NCBI GenBank assembly: GCA_018261615.1
Contig: JAGTSE010000017.1
Location: forward strand, 2,239-66,238
Source: Pseudomonadota bacterium
GTDB lineage: Bacteria; Pseudomonadota; Gammaproteobacteria; Enterobacterales; Enterobacteriaceae
Length of the DNA: 64,000 nt
Direction: 5' to 3'
A model generated the notes under the pieces. The model was given only the letters and a program-made list of their open reading frames with translations, was not told where the DNA came from and searched no databases. Below, one piece after another: positions 59,389 through 64,000 of this stretch. Made by a program: the position numbers and the translations under genes. Position 1 is the first letter of the stretch. Each line of letters opens with the position of its first letter.

Positions 59389-60822
59389 ATGTATCTCAAA
59401 ACCAGTAACCTCCCTTTTTATGATCGGGTTCAACAGCAAATTGACGACCCGGTGATGCGCCATGCCGTTGCCAACGCGCAGGATCGCATTGGCATCAATC
59501 GGCAGAAAATGGTTGATGAACTTGAAAACTGGCCTGACTGGCGTTCACGCGCTGCTGATATTCGCGCCCATGTTCTCGATAATCTGGATGCTTATCTTTA
59601 CCAATTGAGTGAAAAGGTTAGCGCGAATGGCGGTCATGTGTTTTTTGCCGACACCCGTGAGGACGCCACCCGTTATATTTTGCAGATTGCGCAGCAGAAG
59701 CAGGCCCGCAAAATCGTCAAATCAAAGTCGATGGTGACCGAAGAGATCGGGATGAATGCCGCGCTGGAGAACGCAGGCATTGAGGTCGTGGAAACCGATC
59801 TGGGCGAGTATATTCTGCAACTGGCCAAAGATGCACCCTCGCATGTGGTTGTCCCTGCCATACATAAAGACCGCCATCAAATTCAGCGCGTATTGCGGGA
59901 GAAACTGGGCTACGAGGGCGCCGAAACCCCGGAAGCGATGACACGCTTTATTCGGCAGAAGATCCGCGAAGATTTCCTCAGCGCCGATATCGGTATCACC
60001 GGATGCAACTTTGCAGTAGCGGAAACCGGGACACTTAGCCTGGTGAGCAACGAAGGCAATGCCCGGCTCTGTACCACCGTGCCACGGACGCATATTGCCG
60101 TGATGGGCATGGAGCGCGTGGTTCCCACCTTTGCCGAGCTGGACATCATCCTGACCATGCTGGCACGCAGCGCGGTGGGCGCAAGACTCACGGGTTACAA
60201 CACCTGGTTTACAGGGCCTAAAAAAAGCGCGGAAAGTGATGGGCCTGAAGAGTTCCATCTGGTGATTGTTGACAATGGTCGCTCGCGGGTGCTGGGTTCC
60301 CCTTTTCAGGATATTCTGCGCTGTATACGCTGCGGTGCCTGCATGAATACTTGCCCGGCTTACCGTCATATCGGTGGGCACGGCTATGGCTCGATTTATC
60401 CAGGCCCTGTTGGCGCGGTGCTCTCGCCGTTGCTCGGCGGCTATGACGACTTCAAAAACCTGCCTTATGCCTGCTCATTATGCACCGCCTGTGATGACGT
60501 CTGTCCGGTGCGTATTCCGTTGTCTTCACTGATCCTTCAACATCGTCGCACGCTGGCTGAAAGTGGCATGACACCCGCGATGGAGAGACATACTGTACAT
60601 TTGTTCAATTACGCTAACCGCCATCCTTCGCTGTGGAAGGTCGGTATGGTAGCGGGCGCACGGGCAGCACAACTGATGATTCACAACGGGAAGATGCCTT
60701 TTAGCATCGCGGCTATCCGTAAATGGACGGAAGCCCGCGATCTGCCCGACGCGGATGGCGAGAGTTTCCGTAGCTGGTTTAAAACGCACCAAAAACAGCG
60801 TAAAAACGGGGAGGAAGTATAA
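59389..60822 (+). CDS. ykgF: L-lactate utilisation Fe-S subunit LutB/YkgF
   Basis: KSKSMVTEEIG, ETDLGEYI, CIRCGACMNTCP, CSLCTACDDVCP. Confidence 0.94.
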   Translation: MYLKTSNLPFYDRVQQQIDDPVMRHAVANAQDRIGINRQKMVDELENWPDWRSRAADIRAHVLDNLDAYLYQLSEKVSANGGHVFFADTREDATRYILQIAQQKQARKIVKSKSMVTEEIGMNAALENAGIEVVETDLGEYILQLAKDAPSHVVVPAIHKDRHQIQRVLREKLGYEGAETPEAMTRFIRQKIREDFLSADIGITGCNFAVAETGTLSLVSNEGNARLCTTVPRTHIAVMGMERVVPTFAELDIILTMLARSAVGARLTGYNTWFTGPKKSAESDGPEEFHLVIVDNGRSRVLGSPFQDILRCIRCGACMNTCPAYRHIGGHGYGSIYPGPVGAVLSPLLGGYDDFKNLPYACSLCTACDDVCPVRIPLSSLILQHRRTLAESGMTPAMERHTVHLFNYANRHPSLWKVGMVAGARAAQLMIHNGKMPFSIAAIRKWTEARDLPDADGESFRSWFKTHQKQRKNGEEV

Positions 60823-61517
60823 TGGAAAACCGCGATGCCTTCATGCAAAAACTTGGCAAACAGCTCGGACGCGAGCCGCGCCAGGTTCCGCAACCACTGC
60901 CTTTGATGCATTCAGCACCGCTGAAAAGCCGTTATGCCGGGCAGATTCAGCAGCAGCCTTGCGACAGCTTCATCGAATATGCGACACAGGTGATGCAGGC
61001 TCACTGCGAACTGGCTCCGCTGGCTACACTTCCCGAGGTTGCCGAACGGCTCTGTAAACATTACGGCGGCGGCCCGGTATTGATGAGTGGCGACGCCAGG
61101 CTGGAAAAAGCGGGCATTACGGCGCATTTGCAGAACGCTTTCCCGACAACGTGCTGGACCTCACCAGGTAGGGAGGAAAACCTGCGCAAAGCTGCCGAGG
61201 CTAATATTGGTGTGGTCTTCGCCGAATACGGCCTTTGCGAAACTGGCGGCGTAGTCCTGTTTTCTTCTCCTTTGCAGGGACGTGCCATTAGCCTGCTTCC
61301 TCCAACCACATTATTTATTCTTTATAAGAGCCGTTTGCTGCCTGGCGTCACACAACTGGCTCAGGTTCTGCATCAGCGGGCGCAGTCAGGTGAATCTCTC
61401 CCTTCCTGTATCAATCTTATCGCCGGGCCAAGTTCGACGGCGGATATTGAGCTTATTAAAGTTGTGGGCGTTCATGGGCCATTAAATGCGGTCTATTTGA
61501 TTATTGAGGATTGCTAA
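60822..61517 (+). CDS. ykgG: LutC/YkgG family (LUD domain) protein
   Basis: ETGGVV, GRAISLLP, IAGPSSTADIE..GVHGP. Confidence 0.92.
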   Translation: MENRDAFMQKLGKQLGREPRQVPQPLPLMHSAPLKSRYAGQIQQQPCDSFIEYATQVMQAHCELAPLATLPEVAERLCKHYGGGPVLMSGDARLEKAGITAHLQNAFPTTCWTSPGREENLRKAAEANIGVVFAEYGLCETGGVVLFSSPLQGRAISLLPPTTLFILYKSRLLPGVTQLAQVLHQRAQSGESLPSCINLIAGPSSTADIELIKVVGVHGPLNAVYLIIEDC

Positions 61518-61644
61518 GGAAATTAACAGGGCGGGCTGAGATTTTATATCAGCAGCCGTATAAAGTGTCAGTGGTTTTTTAGTCAGGGATATCTATTGTG
61601 TGACAGTGATTTCCCTGACGCTGCTAATATATAAAGGTGTGAAA

Positions 61645-62031
61645 ATGGGAAAAGAAAGCTCATTATGCCTGATGAGTTTAACCATCCAGGATATTCTCCA
61701 GTGGATAGAGTGCAATATTGCAGAGCCGTTGCCGCTGGGTGTGTTAGCGCAAAAATCAGGATATTCTGCGTGGCATTTTCAGCGAGGTTTTAAAAAAATA
61801 GCCGGTATGTCGCCAGGTATGTATATACGGTATCGAAAAATGGTTATCGCCCGCGAGTTACTTACCGAAACCAATCGTTCAATTACTGAAATTGCCATGC
61901 ATCTCGGTTACCAGCAGCAGTCGACATTCTGCCGGGTGTTCCGGGAACATTATCAGCAGACGCCAAGGCAGTATCGCCTTCAGATTCAGACCGGGATCGT
62001 CAAAGGTAAAACGGTTTTTTCCCCACGGTGA
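61645..62031 (+). CDS. Single-domain AraC/XylS activator of MarA/SoxS/RamA type
   Basis: 128 aa; ILQWIECNI, KSGYSAWHFQR, LGYQQQSTFCRVF. Confidence 0.85.
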   Translation: MGKESSLCLMSLTIQDILQWIECNIAEPLPLGVLAQKSGYSAWHFQRGFKKIAGMSPGMYIRYRKMVIARELLTETNRSITEIAMHLGYQQQSTFCRVFREHYQQTPRQYRLQIQTGIVKGKTVFSPR

Positions 62032-62114
62032 AGTTTTCATACTCAAATCTCCTGCGTTGCGGAGATTTGAGTAGGGGGGCATTTGAGCGCGGTTCAGATG
62101 TTGAACCTGCTTCT

Positions 62115-62645
62115 CTACTTGATCCATTCTTTGCTCAGTAGCGCATAGACGTAAGTATCATCATACCTCTCTGTACCATTCTCACTTACAAAGGAGACAA
62201 ACTCTTTAAAGCAGCCTTCTCGTCGCATATGTAAACGTTCACATAGCTTTTGAGAGGCCCAATTATAATCCTCAACCCAGGCATACAACCGTCTTGCACC
62301 TTTCTCATGAAATAAATGATTAAACAGGGCAGTAACTGATTCTGTCGCATAACCCTGCTTTTCATAACGTTGATTAAAATGCCAGCCAACCGACCAGGTA
62401 TTGCTATCCGGCTCACCACTATTATCCGCAAAAAGGTGCCCGATTAACTCATCATTATCTTTTATACAAACGGCAAACTGCCCAGCGTCGTGGCTGCGTT
62501 TAGCCACTTCGACCTGCGCCTCTGCTAATGAATGTAATTTTTCATCATGAAAGCAGGGAACTCGTGGTGAAGCGAGGTAATCTAAAAGTGCTACGGCATC
62601 TTTTCCCTTAAAAGGGCGAATAACTAATCTTTGGGTGATTATCAT
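62115..62645 (-). CDS. GNAT (RimJ/RimL-type) N-acetyltransferase
   Basis: TQRLVIRPF, VGWHF..YEKQGYATE, NWASQKLCERLHM. Confidence 0.88.
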   Translation of the reverse strand: MIITQRLVIRPFKGKDAVALLDYLASPRVPCFHDEKLHSLAEAQVEVAKRSHDAGQFAVCIKDNDELIGHLFADNSGEPDSNTWSVGWHFNQRYEKQGYATESVTALFNHLFHEKGARRLYAWVEDYNWASQKLCERLHMRREGCFKEFVSFVSENGTERYDDTYVYALLSKEWIK

Positions 62646-62747
62646 GTTCACGATGAGCTCAATTCAATATTAATAACTTCAGTGCTGATGTCATGCCAGT
62701 TAGTCGCGAGATACTCAGGACTGGCTGGCTGTAAAGTAGCGCAGATA

Positions 62748-64000
62748 TTAGTCGTTGCGTTTTTTTTGACTCTGTTTTCGCATTCCTGTAAATCGGGTAA
62801 TTACCACGAAAAATACCGGAACAAAGAAAATTGCCAGTAGCGTTCCGCTAATCATCCCTCCGAAAACGCCGGTACCGATAGCGTGCTGAGTGCTGTCACT
62901 GGCCCCATTGGCAAGCATCAGCGGAACAACGCCTAATGTGAACGCCAGCGATGTCATGAGTATTGGACGAAAACGTTGCTTCGCTGCAGCCAATGTCGCA
63001 TCAATAAGATTCTGTCCTTCATTCATCAATTGCCTCGCAAATTCAATAATAAGAATCGCATTCTTGGCGGAAAGCCCTATCAGGGTTATCAGGCCCACTT
63101 TGAAAAAGACGTCGTTAGTCATACTGGCCAAAGTGACGGCCAGTACGGCACCGAGGAGCCCCAGAGGAACAACAAGCATCACCGCAAAGGGAATAGACCA
63201 GCTTTCATACAGCGCAGCAAGAACCATAAACACTACAAGTATCGACAGGACAATAAGCCCAGGGAGCTGTGACGCGGACTCCTTTTCCTGTAATGAACTC
63301 CCTGCCCATTCACCTGCAAATTCCGACGGTAAACTCGCTGCCAATTTTTCTATTGTCGCCATTGCGGTGCCTGTGGATTCCCCCTGCGCAGCACTTCCGG
63401 TTATACGTATGGCAGGATATCCCTGATAGCGAGTGAGCTGTTGCGGGGTGACATTCCACGAAAGTGTCGCAAAAGTCGATAAAGGAAGCATCTGACCCTG
63501 ACGATTCCTGACCGATAGAGCCAGTAAATGCTCTGGTTGCATCCGATACGGAGCATCAGCCTGGACGATAACCTGCTGAACCCGGCCATTATTGGTATAG
63601 TCATTGACATAATTGGAACCCGTAGCGACTGAAATGGTTTGGTTAATCTCATCAAACGACACGCCCATCGATTCTGCTTTTTCCCTGTCGATATTGAGGG
63701 TAAGACTCGCTCCTTCACCGAGTCCATCAATATAGACATCGGCCAATTGATGATTCTGATTTGCTTGCACAACAAGGTCATCTGCCGCTTTTTTTAGCGT
63801 CTGATAACCTCTACCGCCCCTGTCCTGTAAATAATAAGTAAACCCGGATGAGGTTCCCATGTCAGAAATCGCCGGTGGCAGCAGACTCATCGTGACTGCG
63901 CCAGGTACGCTCGCCATTCTGGACTGAATATGGTTAGCTTCATCCTGTGCAGTCGTCCCTTCGCGTTGCTTCCAGTCCTTTAGCGTGGTGAAAGCCATCG
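62748..64000 (-). CDS. kexD: RND efflux pump permease, 3' part (KexD-like); gene continues beyond the window
   Basis: AcrB-family C-half: LYESWSIP, GLSAKNAILI, RFRPILMTS; closely resembles recalled Klebsiella KexD. Confidence 0.8.
   Translation of the reverse strand, partial: MAFTTLKDWKQREGTTAQDEANHIQSRMASVPGAVTMSLLPPAISDMGTSSGFTYYLQDRGGRGYQTLKKAADDLVVQANQNHQLADVYIDGLGEGASLTLNIDREKAESMGVSFDEINQTISVATGSNYVNDYTNNGRVQQVIVQADAPYRMQPEHLLALSVRNRQGQMLPLSTFATLSWNVTPQQLTRYQGYPAIRITGSAAQGESTGTAMATIEKLAASLPSEFAGEWAGSSLQEKESASQLPGLIVLSILVVFMVLAALYESWSIPFAVMLVVPLGLLGAVLAVTLASMTNDVFFKVGLITLIGLSAKNAILIIEFARQLMNEGQNLIDATLAAAKQRFRPILMTSLAFTLGVVPLMLANGASDSTQHAIGTGVFGGMISGTLLAIFFVPVFFVVITRFTGMRKQSQKKRND

Noticed and set aside
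1-64000. CRISPR array, tRNA/rRNA, intact IS, prophage, Ter (Tus) site or dif
   Set aside because: No regularly spaced repeats, RNA gene signatures, transposase/integrase/phage ORFs or consensus matches were seen by eye.

Overview
Chromosomal window from an enterobacterium, probably not E. coli; the genus cannot be fixed from sequence alone. It lies in the replication-terminus region: there is a perfect matS site, and the four KOPS motifs I found are all on the + strand. The backbone is syntenic with the E. coli mdtJI-ydgD-asr-ynfM/L-mlc-ynfK-dmsD-ynfE..ynfA-rspAB-ydfJ/I/Z/H/G-dcp-mgrR/mgtS-ydeE-eamA-marRAB-marC-ydeA interval, and it lacks the Qin prophage. Accessory blocks: (i) at the left edge, a type I secretion ABC/MFP pair next to an orphan 144-aa His-Cys (clan CD-like) protein; (ii) a decaying ynfE-dmsB-dmsC-dmsD reductase operon in which dmsB and dmsC are pseudogenes; (iii) a small-gene/sRNA cluster after dcp, including a YmcF-like zinc-finger ORF without a canonical start codon; (iv) a 9-gene divergent acid-sugar catabolic locus (SDR, YhcH, BNR sialidase-like, SSS transporter, DapA-like aldolase, Fe-ADH | DUF1537 kinase, PdxA2, DeoR), which I hypothesise degrades a C7 3-deoxy-ulosonate such as Dha to pyruvate plus D-threonate; (v) an LDH-like gene, AraC, a cfa-family gene, lutABC, a stand-alone MarA-like regulator, a GNAT and the 3' part of a KexD-like RND pump. 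Family and gene assignments rest on motif recognition and recalled homologues, not on database searches.
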